Made by a program: the position numbers and the translations under genes
Shown here: piece by piece, positions 1-9,856 of the stretch
Position numbering within the stretch: the first letter of the stretch is position 1
Layout of the letters: each line of letters opens with the position of its first letter
Assembly: GCA_041242255.1 (NCBI GenBank)
Contig: JBESAV010000001.1
Location: 704,001-768,000 of the forward strand
Origin: Candidatus Altimarinota bacterium
GTDB taxonomy: Bacteria; Patescibacteriota; Gracilibacteria; UBA1369; GCA-2718715
Reading direction: 5' to 3'
DNA: 64,000 nt
The notes under the pieces: generated by a model
What the model saw: only the letters and a program-made list of their open reading frames with translations
The model's database searches: none
What the model was told of the DNA's origin: nothing

Positions 1-1947
1 ATCATGCTTACCTTCAATATATTGTGGGATATATTGCATCGGACCTGGCCTATACAACGCGTTCATAGCAATAATATCCTCAAGACGAGAAGGCTTTAAG
101 TCTTTTAAGTACTTTTGCATTCCTGCCGACTCCAACTGGAAAACACCAACTGTTAAACCTTGAGATAAAAGCTCATAAGCCTTTTCATCCGTATAAGGAA
201 CTTCATCTATATCAACAATTTCATCTCTATGGTGTTTAATATTCTCCAAACACCGTTCAATAATCGTAAGATTCCTTAGACCCAAGAAATCCATTTTTAA
301 TAGACCAATCCCTTCAAGCGGTTTCATATCATATTGAGTCACAATAGTCTCATCACTACGTGAACCATACTGAAGGGGAGTGTAGTTAGTCAGTTCATTT
401 TCAGATATTATCACAGCACAGGCATGAGTACCTATACTTCTAATAGTTCCTTCTAATTTAATAGCTAAGTCCAAAAGCTTTTTAGACCTAGGGTTAGACT
501 CGTATTCATCTGTCAGCTCAGTGCCTTCCTCAATATATGTCCCAATAGGCTTGTACTTACCAAAAATTGGATCTGGAACCTTCTTTGCAACTAAATCAAC
601 TTCCTCATATGGATAACCAAGAACCCTACCTACATCACGAATAGCAGCTTTAGCAGCCATAGATCCAAATGTACAAACTTGAGCCACATTTTGCCTACCA
701 TATTTCTCTACAACGTATTCCATTACTTCTTCACGCCTTGCATCAGAAAAATCAATATCAATATCTGGCATCGACACTCTTTCAGGATTCAAAAACCTCT
801 CAAAATACAAACCGTAGTCCAACGGATCAACCGTCGTTATATCCAGGCAGTAGGCTATAATAGCTCCAGCCGCAGATCCACGACCTGGTCCCACCACAAT
901 CCCACGGTCTTTTGCGTATCTAATGAAATCCCATACAATCAGGAAATAGTCATTAAATCCCATTTGATCAATAATTCCAAGCTCATATTCAAGACGGTCT
1001 CTCGCAACATTCATGTCTTTATTTTTGTATTTTTCGTTCATACCTTTCTCACAAAGCTCCCTAAGGTAAGCCTTAGAAGTTTTACCATCAGGAGCAGTGA
1101 AGTTTGGCAAAAGCTCCTGATTAAATTCAATTGTGAGGTTGCATTTATCAGCAATTTCAATCGTATTTTCAATCACCTCAGGATGATCCTTAAAGTACTC
1201 AGCAATCTCTTCTTCAGTCTTCATATAAAAATCATCACCATAAGAGAAACGTTCAGGATCATTTAAGGTTCTACCATTTCCAATACAAACCAATGCATCC
1301 TGAGCCTCAGCATCTGACTTTTCTATATAATGAGTATTATTCGTAGCTACAACCTTAAGATCATGCTTTTTTGCAAACTCAAATAGTTTCTGATTTACAA
1401 CTACTTGCTTCTCATCATCTGGATGGGCTTGAACTTCTAAGTAAAAGTCATCCTTATCGAAAATTTCTAAATATCTTTTCAATGCTTCCTCAGCAGATTT
1501 TTCATCATTATTTAATAGTGCAAGTGGTATCTCACCATATATATCACCAGACAGGGCTATAAGCCCCTCACTATATCCAGTTAAAACCTTATGATCTATT
1601 CTTGGCTTATAATAAAACCCCTCCAAAGAGGCTTTAGTAGTAAGCTCTAAAAGGTTTTTGTATCCCACCTCATTCTTGCACAGTAAAACTAGAGAGTTAG
1701 AAAACTTCACAGACACATCTTTTTTGAATCTATCTTTAGTTATGTACATATCACAACCTATGATGGGTTTTATCTCAGCATCCTTACAAGCTTTGTAAAA
1801 CTCAACTACACCATGCATCACAGCATGATCTGTAAGTGCAACTGCTGGCATACCTAATTCCTTAGCTTTGTTAACTAATTCTTTAGGCTTAGATAAAGCA
1901 TCTAGCACACTATAGTGACTGTGGTTATGTAGGTGAACGAAACTCAT
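1..1947 (-). CDS. dnaE: DNA polymerase III alpha subunit, 5' part (runs off window start)
   Basis: Manual reverse-strand translation from ATG at 1947: MSFVHLHNHSHYSVLDAL (PHP domain), later GPGRGSAAG, MPDIDIDF, GLLKMDFLGLRNLT, ALYRPGPM. Absent from the ORF track because it is truncated. Confidence 0.95.
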   Translation of the reverse strand, partial: MSFVHLHNHSHYSVLDALSKPKELVNKAKELGMPAVALTDHAVMHGVVEFYKACKDAEIKPIIGCDMYITKDRFKKDVSVKFSNSLVLLCKNEVGYKNLLELTTKASLEGFYYKPRIDHKVLTGYSEGLIALSGDIYGEIPLALLNNDEKSAEEALKRYLEIFDKDDFYLEVQAHPDDEKQVVVNQKLFEFAKKHDLKVVATNNTHYIEKSDAEAQDALVCIGNGRTLNDPERFSYGDDFYMKTEEEIAEYFKDHPEVIENTIEIADKCNLTIEFNQELLPNFTAPDGKTSKAYLRELCEKGMNEKYKNKDMNVARDRLEYELGIIDQMGFNDYFLIVWDFIRYAKDRGIVVGPGRGSAAGAIIAYCLDITTVDPLDYGLYFERFLNPERVSMPDIDIDFSDARREEVMEYVVEKYGRQNVAQVCTFGSMAAKAAIRDVGRVLGYPYEEVDLVAKKVPDPIFGKYKPIGTYIEEGTELTDEYESNPRSKKLLDLAIKLEGTIRSIGTHACAVIISENELTNYTPLQYGSRSDETIVTQYDMKPLEGIGLLKMDFLGLRNLTIIERCLENIKHHRDEIVDIDEVPYTDEKAYELLSQGLTVGVFQLESAGMQKYLKDLKPSRLEDIIAMNALYRPGPMQYIPQYIEGKHD

Positions 1948-2063
1948 ATAATTTTTTAAGTACACATAAATTAATACATATTCATATAAGTGTAAAAAGT
2001 TTCATAAAAATATTGAAATTTGATACAATGTGTGTAGAATGCCTTCGCAAATTGAAATAACGT

Positions 2064-2148
2064 GCTCGGGTGGCGGAATTGGTAGACGCGCTGGTTTTAG
2101 GCACCAGTACCTTCGGGTGTGAGAGTTCGAATCTCTCCTCGAGTACCA
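2064..2148 (+). tRNA. tRNA-Leu(TAG)
   Basis: GCTCGGG/CTCGAGT acceptor stem, D-arm TGGCGGAATTGGTAGACGC, anticodon arm CTGGT-TTTAGGC-ACCAG, long variable arm, GTTCGAATC T-loop, encoded CCA. Confidence 0.95.
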
Positions 2149-2221
2149 CTTATATTTGGTTGCAAAACTAGAACAGAATATTTACTCTTCATAAGAATAT
2201 ATGCTTTTTTAATAAACTCAC

Positions 2222-3148
2222 ATGATTTACGTAATTGGACACAAGAACCCTGATACAGACGCTATAGTTAGCGCAATTGTATGCGCCAACATCAGAAAGC
2301 ACCTCGGAGATGATGCCAAAGCTATAAAACTAGGCGAACTAAACAAAGAAACAGAATTCGTACTAGATTACTGGGGTGTTGAAGTACCTGAAACTAAAAC
2401 CTCTCTACAAGACGGCACAGAGGTTGTATTAGTTGATCACAACGAACAAGCACAAGCAATTGATGATATACAAAAACTAAACATTATTTCAATTATTGAT
2501 CATCATAAATTCAATCTTATAACAGACAGTCCACTACACATAATAGCTCAACCTGTAGGATCAACAGCCACAATCTTAGGTGACCTTATGTTAAGTGCTG
2601 ATATAGTACCCACCAAAGAGGAAGCTGGGTTACTTATTTCAGCAATATTATCTGATACTTTACATTTCCGGTCAGCAACCACAACAGATATGGACAAAAA
2701 AGTTTTAAGTGAGTTAAACCAAATTGCAGAAATTGAAGAAATAGAGGAGTACAGTCTTCAAATGTTCAATGCTAAAAGCGATCTGGGAGACATGGATGTC
2801 GAGTCTTTAATTAGGTTAGATTACAAAGAGTACGACATAGAAGGCAAAAAACTAGCTGTCGGAGTATTAGAAACAACTTCAGTCGATTACGCATTTAATA
2901 GAAAAGAGGAGATAATCTCAAAAATGAAAGAGATTAAAGAATCCGATAGAATAAACCACATGATGTTTGCAGTTGTAGACATCATAAAAGAACAAAGTTA
3001 TGGTTTAGTATGCGACCAAAGTGATGAAGATCTCATGAAGGAAGCCTTTGAAACATCTGCAAAAGAAAACATAGTTGATCTTAAAAATCTTCTATCAAGA
3101 AAAAAACAAATGATTCCAACTATAGAAAAACACCTAAAAAACGCATAA
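2222..3148 (+). CDS. ppaC: Manganese-dependent inorganic pyrophosphatase (family II, DHH)
   Basis: GHKNPDTD, LVDHNE, IIDHH and SRKKQ motifs. Confidence 0.93.
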   Translation: MIYVIGHKNPDTDAIVSAIVCANIRKHLGDDAKAIKLGELNKETEFVLDYWGVEVPETKTSLQDGTEVVLVDHNEQAQAIDDIQKLNIISIIDHHKFNLITDSPLHIIAQPVGSTATILGDLMLSADIVPTKEEAGLLISAILSDTLHFRSATTTDMDKKVLSELNQIAEIEEIEEYSLQMFNAKSDLGDMDVESLIRLDYKEYDIEGKKLAVGVLETTSVDYAFNRKEEIISKMKEIKESDRINHMMFAVVDIIKEQSYGLVCDQSDEDLMKEAFETSAKENIVDLKNLLSRKKQMIPTIEKHLKNA

Positions 3149-3152
3149 AAAC

Positions 3153-3180
3153 TTGACTTAAGCTAGCATAGTATTATAAT
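3153..3180 (+). promoter_or_regulatory. sigma70-type promoter
   Basis: TTGACT-16 nt-TATAAT, 25 nt upstream of the ATG at 3206. Confidence 0.6.
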
Positions 3181-3205
3181 CGCTTCCTAATAATTATAGA
3201 AGCAA

Positions 3206-4264
3206 ATGAGTAGCCAAAAACACGAGAAGACAAATCTAGCTGATGCAATACAACAATTATTTCAAGTACTAAATCCCAAAGAACAGAAAGTTATTAAAGG
3301 AAGGTACGGTTTTGATATTAAAAAATCTAAGAGAACACTTGAGTCAATTGGTGATGACCTAGGGATTACAAGAGAAAGAGTTAGGCAAATTCAAAAAGCA
3401 GCATTAAAAAAACTTCAAAGAGTTATTCACAGTAATAAGCTCCAAGCTACTATGGAGTACGTTGAACATTTCATAAAAGAGAATGATTACTTCATAACAG
3501 AATCAGATCTAATAAAAGGTCTTTCAGAAAAGATAAAACCATCAATCAAAAATATTGATTCACTTATTATTTTACTTGCAGACATAAATCCAGAAATTAC
3601 AAAGATTAAAAAAACCAAGAAGATTAGCAAGTCCTGGACAATCAAATCTAAGATCAATAGTAAAAATACAAAGCAAATCCTTAAAACAGGAACAAAAATC
3701 TTAAAAGCAGAAAAGAAAGCAATTACGCCTATACAATTCCTTACAGACGTACAGGAAGAACTTAAAAAACAAAAGGCTGGAGTTTACTCTAGAAGCACAT
3801 TAGCTAAAGTTTATTCTGCAAGTAGCATCATTAAAAAAGTACAAGAAGGTTATGGACTAACTAGCTGGAGATCAATCAAACCAAAAAGCATCAAAGATAA
3901 ATCAATCATTGTGTTTAAAAGACAAAATAAACCGTTACACTTCAGCCAAGTATGCGACCTGATTCATGATTATAAGTTTGATGCTAAAGAAGTTACTTTA
4001 CAAGCTGTACATAATGAATTGATCAGATATAACGACTTCGTACTTATTGGAAGAGGTATCTACGCATTAAAAGAATGGGGATTCAAAACAGGTACAGTTA
4101 AAGACATTATTCATGATGTTTTGAGCGAGAATGGTCCATTGAGCAAGGCTAAGATAATTGAAGAAGTACTTAAAGAGAGAAAAGTTAAAGTTGGAACGAT
4201 ATCTCTAAATCTACAAAAACACCCAGAATTTAAAAGAGTAGGAAGAGCAGTTTACTCTCTCTAA
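3206..4264 (+). CDS. Sigma70 region-4 HTH fused to C-terminal winged-helix (HARE-HTH/RNAP delta-like) domains
   Basis: N-terminal RYG...TLESIGDDLGITRERVRQIQ matches sigma region 4.2; C-terminal PLHF...HNELIR...FVLIGRGIYALKEWG; no sigma region 2 recognisable. Confidence 0.75.
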   Translation: MSSQKHEKTNLADAIQQLFQVLNPKEQKVIKGRYGFDIKKSKRTLESIGDDLGITRERVRQIQKAALKKLQRVIHSNKLQATMEYVEHFIKENDYFITESDLIKGLSEKIKPSIKNIDSLIILLADINPEITKIKKTKKISKSWTIKSKINSKNTKQILKTGTKILKAEKKAITPIQFLTDVQEELKKQKAGVYSRSTLAKVYSASSIIKKVQEGYGLTSWRSIKPKSIKDKSIIVFKRQNKPLHFSQVCDLIHDYKFDAKEVTLQAVHNELIRYNDFVLIGRGIYALKEWGFKTGTVKDIIHDVLSENGPLSKAKIIEEVLKERKVKVGTISLNLQKHPEFKRVGRAVYSL

Positions 4265-4306
4265 ATATAAGCTTATAATTGCAATAAGATTTTTTAGAGA
4301 AACCAA

Positions 4307-5887
4307 ATGAAAAAATTCATACTTAGCTCATTCTTGTTATTTGGAATGCTTATTTCAAGCTACCCTGTTTCAAATGCGCAAACAATTGACCAAATTTTCC
4401 AAGAATTCAGCTTAGATACAGCTCAAGAAGGAGTTTTATTTACCGAGATAATATCCCCTGAGTTCAATGATGTAGAGAGCCCAACAGTCTTCAAAGCAAA
4501 CCCACAGTTTAACGAAGAGAGATACGAAGATATTATTTATCAGTGGGAGTTTGGTGACGGTAACAGTGAAGTAGGTAAAGAGGTAGTTCACAGGTATGAT
4601 CAAGCTGGACTTTACGAAGTTACCTTAACTGTTGTAACAGACGACAACGAAACATCAATTACTCAAGATATATTCATTGCTGAGCAAACAGCTCTTTTGA
4701 TAACAGATAATACTCAAGACACTGATAAGATAACTAAGTTCGTGCGAAATGGTAATTCATCAAACTACTTTATAAAAATAGTTGAAAGTTTCGCCAGCCA
4801 ATCAGAGTTCTTATCTGAAGAGGTTCTTAGTAGAAAATTAATAAAGCTAGGAGAAGAGGTTAAAAACTACGATACAATTATCATTTGGTCAGACAACACA
4901 TCTCCTATAAACGCAATTGCTCGTTTTAATCAAAACTTTCAAGAGCAAAACTCAGACTCACAAGCAAATTTCAACAATAAACTTTTCCTAATCTTACAAA
5001 ACGAAGTAGGAAATATACAAAGAACACGTAGAATATTCCGACAAATTCAACCAGAAGAAGTAATCTTAATGCCAACAGCAGTTAGGCAGATCTTTTTAGA
5101 CACAAACACAACAAGTGAACTTAAGTCAGAGCTTCAAAACACTGGTATTGATCATCAGATCTTAGATGAGTATGAAACTAAGATAAGCCCCTTAAACTTT
5201 TTCTCTGTCTTTATCGACTACCTAGTTAACCAAGGAATACCAGATAACACAATCATCCTGATACTCTTACTTCCAGTTATTGCAACTATTATCGCTGTTT
5301 TCAAACAGATTATTGGCTTCAGTACAATGGGAATTTACATGCCATCAATCATTACAATGGCCTTCCTCATATTGGGATTAAAGTTTGGACTTATTACGTT
5401 CCTTCTAATTGTTGCTACTGGTCTAATAGCACATAAAGTATTTGATCCAATGAAACTGCTTTATGTACCAAAAATGGCATTAATTATTACAACAGTTTCC
5501 ATTGCTCTATTCGCACTTATAACTATAACAGTTTACTTCAAATTCTTTGCTATTGATTTTATTTCTCTTACGATTTTCCCAGTATTAGTAATGGGAACTT
5601 TAACTGAAAGATTTGCAAGATTAACGAGCACTAAAGGCTTCAAGGGGTCATTATTTATACTTATAGAAACATTACTAGTATGTATAATCACATATTTCCT
5701 AACAGGTGGAACTATTGATCTAATCTTTGCAAACTTCCAATTCACTGGAATTAGAAATCTTATTCTAAATCACCCCGAAATAATTTTCTTAATAATTATT
5801 TTAAACATATACCTAGGTAAATGGACTGGCCTACAAGCTACAGAAATACTTAAGTTCAGAAATATAATTAATGACCTAGAAGAATAA
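4307..5887 (+). CDS. Signal peptide + PKD domain + 7TM_transglut-type membrane domain protein
   Basis: PKD motif YQWEFGDG...HRYDQAGLYEVTLTV; C-terminal multi-TM region LLLPVIATIIAVFKQIIG...FPVLVMGTLTERF typical of the 7TM domain that accompanies alpha-L-glutamate-ligase-like ATP-grasps. Confidence 0.75.
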   Translation: MKKFILSSFLLFGMLISSYPVSNAQTIDQIFQEFSLDTAQEGVLFTEIISPEFNDVESPTVFKANPQFNEERYEDIIYQWEFGDGNSEVGKEVVHRYDQAGLYEVTLTVVTDDNETSITQDIFIAEQTALLITDNTQDTDKITKFVRNGNSSNYFIKIVESFASQSEFLSEEVLSRKLIKLGEEVKNYDTIIIWSDNTSPINAIARFNQNFQEQNSDSQANFNNKLFLILQNEVGNIQRTRRIFRQIQPEEVILMPTAVRQIFLDTNTTSELKSELQNTGIDHQILDEYETKISPLNFFSVFIDYLVNQGIPDNTIILILLLPVIATIIAVFKQIIGFSTMGIYMPSIITMAFLILGLKFGLITFLLIVATGLIAHKVFDPMKLLYVPKMALIITTVSIALFALITITVYFKFFAIDFISLTIFPVLVMGTLTERFARLTSTKGFKGSLFILIETLLVCIITYFLTGGTIDLIFANFQFTGIRNLILNHPEIIFLIIILNIYLGKWTGLQATEILKFRNIINDLEE

Positions 5888-8235
5888 TGCTCAAATTTAA
5901 CAAAGGTATACTAGGTTTAAACGCAAGAAACCTTTTATACGTTAACAAATACAATCAAAAATCTGCCATTAAGTTTGCCAACAACAAACTTAAAACAAAG
6001 CACTTCTTATCTGCTCGTGGAATACCTGTGCCTAAATTATTCAAGGTTATTAAATCACATGAAGATTTAAACAATTTAGACTTTGGTAGTCTTCCTGGAA
6101 GCTTAGTCCTTAAACCAAACATGGGATCACAGGGTAAAGGAATACTTGTTTTCAAAGGACGAAGCGGTTCAGATTTCCACCATGTAAACGGAGAAACCTA
6201 CACCAAAGATGACTTAAAAAAACATATAACGGATATAATTGATGGTCGTTTTTCAATGGGAAATGTTCGTGATACTGCTTTCTTTGAACAGCTAATAATC
6301 AATCATAAATCCTTACAAAACTACACCTGGTCTGGATTACCAGACATCAGAGTTATTATGCATAATCTTGTTCCTGTAATGGCCATGTTACGCTTACCGA
6401 CAAAAGAGTCAGGAGGAAGAGCCAATCTATCTCAAGGTGCTTTAGGAATTGGATTAGATATCGCTACTGGAAAACCTACTCACATTAGTTACAAAAATCA
6501 CATCATTCAAGAAATACCAGAGTTCGGAAAATTCGATCCAAACTTCAAGGTACCATATTGGGATGAAATTCTAAACATATCTGCCAAGTCACAATACATA
6601 ACAAACCTTGGATTCCTAGGTTGCGATATAGCAATTGATAACAACAACGGTCCAATCCTCATTGAAATAAATGCTAGGCCAGGTACAAAGATTCAAATCG
6701 CAAATAAAGCTCCTCTACATAAGAGATTAAAACAAGTAAGTAACATAACTATAAAATCACCTGAAAAAGGTGTTCGTGTTGGAAAAGATCTGTTTGGTCG
6801 AAAAGAAGTAATAAATACAGGAAAATCATCTCAAAAAATTATCCACACAGAAGAGCATGTAGAAATGATCATCAACTCTAAAAAAATTAATCTAAAAGCA
6901 AAAGTTGATCTTAACCAAGAAAGAACAATCATCGATGAGAAATACAAGCCCGAAACAACAAGCAAAAAACATACAGTTAAACTAACCATAAACAACAAAC
7001 ATAAAGTTGTAATCGCACCACTTTACCAAAAAATCGAAGGTAACTATTCATGCATAATAGGATACAAAGACCTTCAAGGTTTCTTAATCAAACCTAGGAT
7101 AAAAGATCAATCTAAACCTCTTTCAACAGATAAACCAAAGAAAGAGACCCAAAAAGGATTTTACTACAAACCACAAATCGATTTTGGTCAGGTTGACCAT
7201 CAAATTTTCCAGATTATGAAACAGCTAAAGTTTCTATCGCTCCTAACACCGCTTAATCTAAAAGAAGAAATTTCTAAATTTAAAAAAGATCACTCATACA
7301 ATCCTCAGTTTGAATATAAAAATATCACTGAAACAACCATCCCTTTGTTAGACACTCTTGCAAACATAAAGATAGATGATAGTGAGTTAGGTAAAATATT
7401 TGATAAAAAGATCCAAGAGCTGAACACAACAATCCACGCTATTAATCACATTGGTACGTCTGAGTTCACTCATATCTCTGAAAAATTATATCCTCACCCA
7501 ACTCAAGAAGAGGTAAAAATTGCTGAGGTCCTACAAACTAACAAGAAAAAATACAAAACATCCTCAAAAGTCTATTCAGATAGAAAAGTGGCTAAGATAT
7601 TTTCAGATTTTCTTAAAAAATCTGGACTAAATAATTGGAAAGTTCAAATAAAAGAAAACATGATTGGAAGCTGCAGCGTCAACAAGTCCAATACAATTTT
7701 CATTAAGAAAGGAAGTAAATTTAATGAAAACAGAGTAAAAAAACTTATAGCTCATGAAATCGAAACCCATATATTCACAGCTGAAAATGGAAAAAAACAA
7801 CCCTACAAAATATTCCAATTCGGAACTGCAAACTTCCTAGAAACTCAAGAAGGTTTAGCTATATACAATCAAGAAAAAACTCTAGGATACGAAAGCAACC
7901 ACTACTTTGCCGCCATAAACTTAATAACCTGTGATATAGCCCTTAATAATAGTTTCACTGAAGCTTTTGCTAAGCTGAAAAGTCTAGGTATATCAGATCA
8001 GAAATGTATCAACTTTATTCTTAAAACCAAGAGGGGAGTAGGCGACACTACTCAAAAAGGTGGATATGCTAAGCAAGCTATCTACACCAGGGGTGCACTT
8101 ATGATAGATGATTTTGTAAAAAATGGAGGAAGCCTTTCTGAACTATACATAGGAAAAATATCCTTAGATATTCTAGAGGACTGCAAAAAAATCAAATCCC
8201 TAAATCCACCAATCTACGTACCAAGCTGGTATTAG
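5887..8235 (+). CDS. Alpha-L-glutamate-ligase-like ATP-grasp fused to degenerate retropepsin-like domain and DUF1704/MATCAP-like metallopeptidase
   Basis: GILGLNARN, KP..GSQGKGI, GLPDIRV, RANLSQGA, IEINARPG (ATP-grasp); AKVDLN...IIGYKDL (retropepsin-like); AHEIETH and TQEGLA (HExxxH/QEGLA). TAATG overlap with the upstream gene. Confidence 0.8.
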   Translation: MLKFNKGILGLNARNLLYVNKYNQKSAIKFANNKLKTKHFLSARGIPVPKLFKVIKSHEDLNNLDFGSLPGSLVLKPNMGSQGKGILVFKGRSGSDFHHVNGETYTKDDLKKHITDIIDGRFSMGNVRDTAFFEQLIINHKSLQNYTWSGLPDIRVIMHNLVPVMAMLRLPTKESGGRANLSQGALGIGLDIATGKPTHISYKNHIIQEIPEFGKFDPNFKVPYWDEILNISAKSQYITNLGFLGCDIAIDNNNGPILIEINARPGTKIQIANKAPLHKRLKQVSNITIKSPEKGVRVGKDLFGRKEVINTGKSSQKIIHTEEHVEMIINSKKINLKAKVDLNQERTIIDEKYKPETTSKKHTVKLTINNKHKVVIAPLYQKIEGNYSCIIGYKDLQGFLIKPRIKDQSKPLSTDKPKKETQKGFYYKPQIDFGQVDHQIFQIMKQLKFLSLLTPLNLKEEISKFKKDHSYNPQFEYKNITETTIPLLDTLANIKIDDSELGKIFDKKIQELNTTIHAINHIGTSEFTHISEKLYPHPTQEEVKIAEVLQTNKKKYKTSSKVYSDRKVAKIFSDFLKKSGLNNWKVQIKENMIGSCSVNKSNTIFIKKGSKFNENRVKKLIAHEIETHIFTAENGKKQPYKIFQFGTANFLETQEGLAIYNQEKTLGYESNHYFAAINLITCDIALNNSFTEAFAKLKSLGISDQKCINFILKTKRGVGDTTQKGGYAKQAIYTRGALMIDDFVKNGGSLSELYIGKISLDILEDCKKIKSLNPPIYVPSWY

Positions 8236-9401
8236 GATTGCCAAGTAGTGCTTACAAGGTTTTCTTTACGATCAGGCTTATAACCGTTTTCTACATACCT
8301 CATTACTAGTAATGTCATATCATCTTTCTGAACTGTATTATCTACAAAAGAAATTACATCCCTTGATACACCTTCAAATACTTTCAGCGAAGAACCTAAA
8401 CTAGCATTTCTATTTAACGACTCCTTAAGCCTTTCTAATCCATAAAGCTCTCCTGAATCATTAACAGCTTCAGTAATACCATCAGAATATAGAAGAACAA
8501 TATCCTGGTCGTTAAGGATAATTTGTTTTTCCTTAGCTATCTTAGAGATGTCTGGTGACATAGCTAAGGCAATACCTCCAGTCACAATAGCTTCTGTCAC
8601 ACCTTCTTTTGCTCTATAAATCAATATATGTTCATGACCAGCACCAGTGTAGAACATTTCTCTAGTCTTAGGATTCCACCTAAAGAAAACAGAAGTCATA
8701 AACAAAGCAGCATTTACTCTTGGTTTCAATTCTTTATTAATAGATACCGCTAGGTCTAATGTGTTATCTACATTTGGCAAAAACAAATCAAACAAAGTAT
8801 TCATCACCATCATTACTAGACCAGCACCAGCTCCATGCCCAGTTACATCACCAACATATATATAATATTCATCACCTTTTTGAACTATATCAAAACTATC
8901 TCCACCCAGCTCATCAGCTGATCTAGTTTTAGCAACAGTATCTAGATACTCAATCACTGGTATTTCTTTAGGTAAAACACTTCTTTGTATATCAGCTGCA
9001 ATATTTAAATCGCTAGACATTCGTGAACCTTCCTTCAAAAAGTAAGAGATATTTTCAATATTCTTAGTGACATCATTAAAAAAATAAGCAAACAAACCAA
9101 ATTCATCCTTACTATCAATACTAATTTTTTGATATGGCTTTGATGATATAACTGATGCTACTTGCTTAACAATTTCATCCATCTTTCTTACAAACTTCAC
9201 CCTCACAAAAAACACTCCTACAATAAAGGAAAATAAAACTGACCCAACAAGCAAAACATTTTTATTTAATTCCAGTCCAAGCATGTAATACTGGAAACTC
9301 TCTTCAACTAGATTCATCACTAATCCAAAAGGCAGGAAAGAGACTAAACTTACAAAGAAAAATTTCCAAAACAATCTATATCTAACAGGTTGAATATTCA
9401 T
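8232..9401 (-). CDS. Membrane HAMP + PP2C (SpoIIE/RsbU-type) serine phosphatase
   Basis: Two N-terminal TMs, HAMP motif DEFGLFA, LGGDSFD, GDVTGHG, YSDGITEA, DDMT. Confidence 0.9.
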   Translation of the reverse strand: MNIQPVRYRLFWKFFFVSLVSFLPFGLVMNLVEESFQYYMLGLELNKNVLLVGSVLFSFIVGVFFVRVKFVRKMDEIVKQVASVISSKPYQKISIDSKDEFGLFAYFFNDVTKNIENISYFLKEGSRMSSDLNIAADIQRSVLPKEIPVIEYLDTVAKTRSADELGGDSFDIVQKGDEYYIYVGDVTGHGAGAGLVMMVMNTLFDLFLPNVDNTLDLAVSINKELKPRVNAALFMTSVFFRWNPKTREMFYTGAGHEHILIYRAKEGVTEAIVTGGIALAMSPDISKIAKEKQIILNDQDIVLLYSDGITEAVNDSGELYGLERLKESLNRNASLGSSLKVFEGVSRDVISFVDNTVQKDDMTLLVMRYVENGYKPDRKENLVSTTWQS

Positions 9402-9760
9402 TAGCTTACATGTTTAAGTACTTCTTCCATTGAATCATAAACCTCAACTATTTGACTTAGACCAACGACATCAAAAACATCTTTAACTTGAGGCTGTGCA
9501 TTTACAATGTGCAACCGTTTTCCCATAGCTTCCATTTTATAAAACATAGATACAAAAAAACCAACACCTTCTGAATTCACAAAGTCAAAATACTTTAAAT
9601 CAAATATCAAATAATCATCCTCAAACGCTTCAATAAAGTTATTAATAACCTCTCTAACATCTTTAATGTTCGATTTATCTAAAGCTCCTTTAAACTCAAT
9701 AACGATGTACTTGTCAGAGTCCAAAACTTTGTCTAAAACATTTAAATCTAATCTTGTCAT
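9401..9760 (-). CDS. STAS anti-anti-sigma factor (RsbV/SpoIIAA-like)
   Basis: FKGALD, DFVNSEGVG phosphoacceptor loop, VKDVFDVVGL. Confidence 0.85.
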   Translation of the reverse strand: MTRLDLNVLDKVLDSDKYIVIEFKGALDKSNIKDVREVINNFIEAFEDDYLIFDLKYFDFVNSEGVGFFVSMFYKMEAMGKRLHIVNAQPQVKDVFDVVGLSQIVEVYDSMEEVLKHVS

Positions 9761-9856
9761 TTTCTTATTTAAAACAACAATATTCTACATATTTTAGTCA
9801 GATACCCCAAACATACCATTATGATAAATAAACAAATCAGCAGTAAAGCAACACCT

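Noticed and set aside
669-1562. Plus-strand ORFs 669-860, 679-1266 and 1371-1562
   Set aside because: Antisense shadows of dnaE. The same applies to most short ORFs in the track that lie inside well-supported genes.
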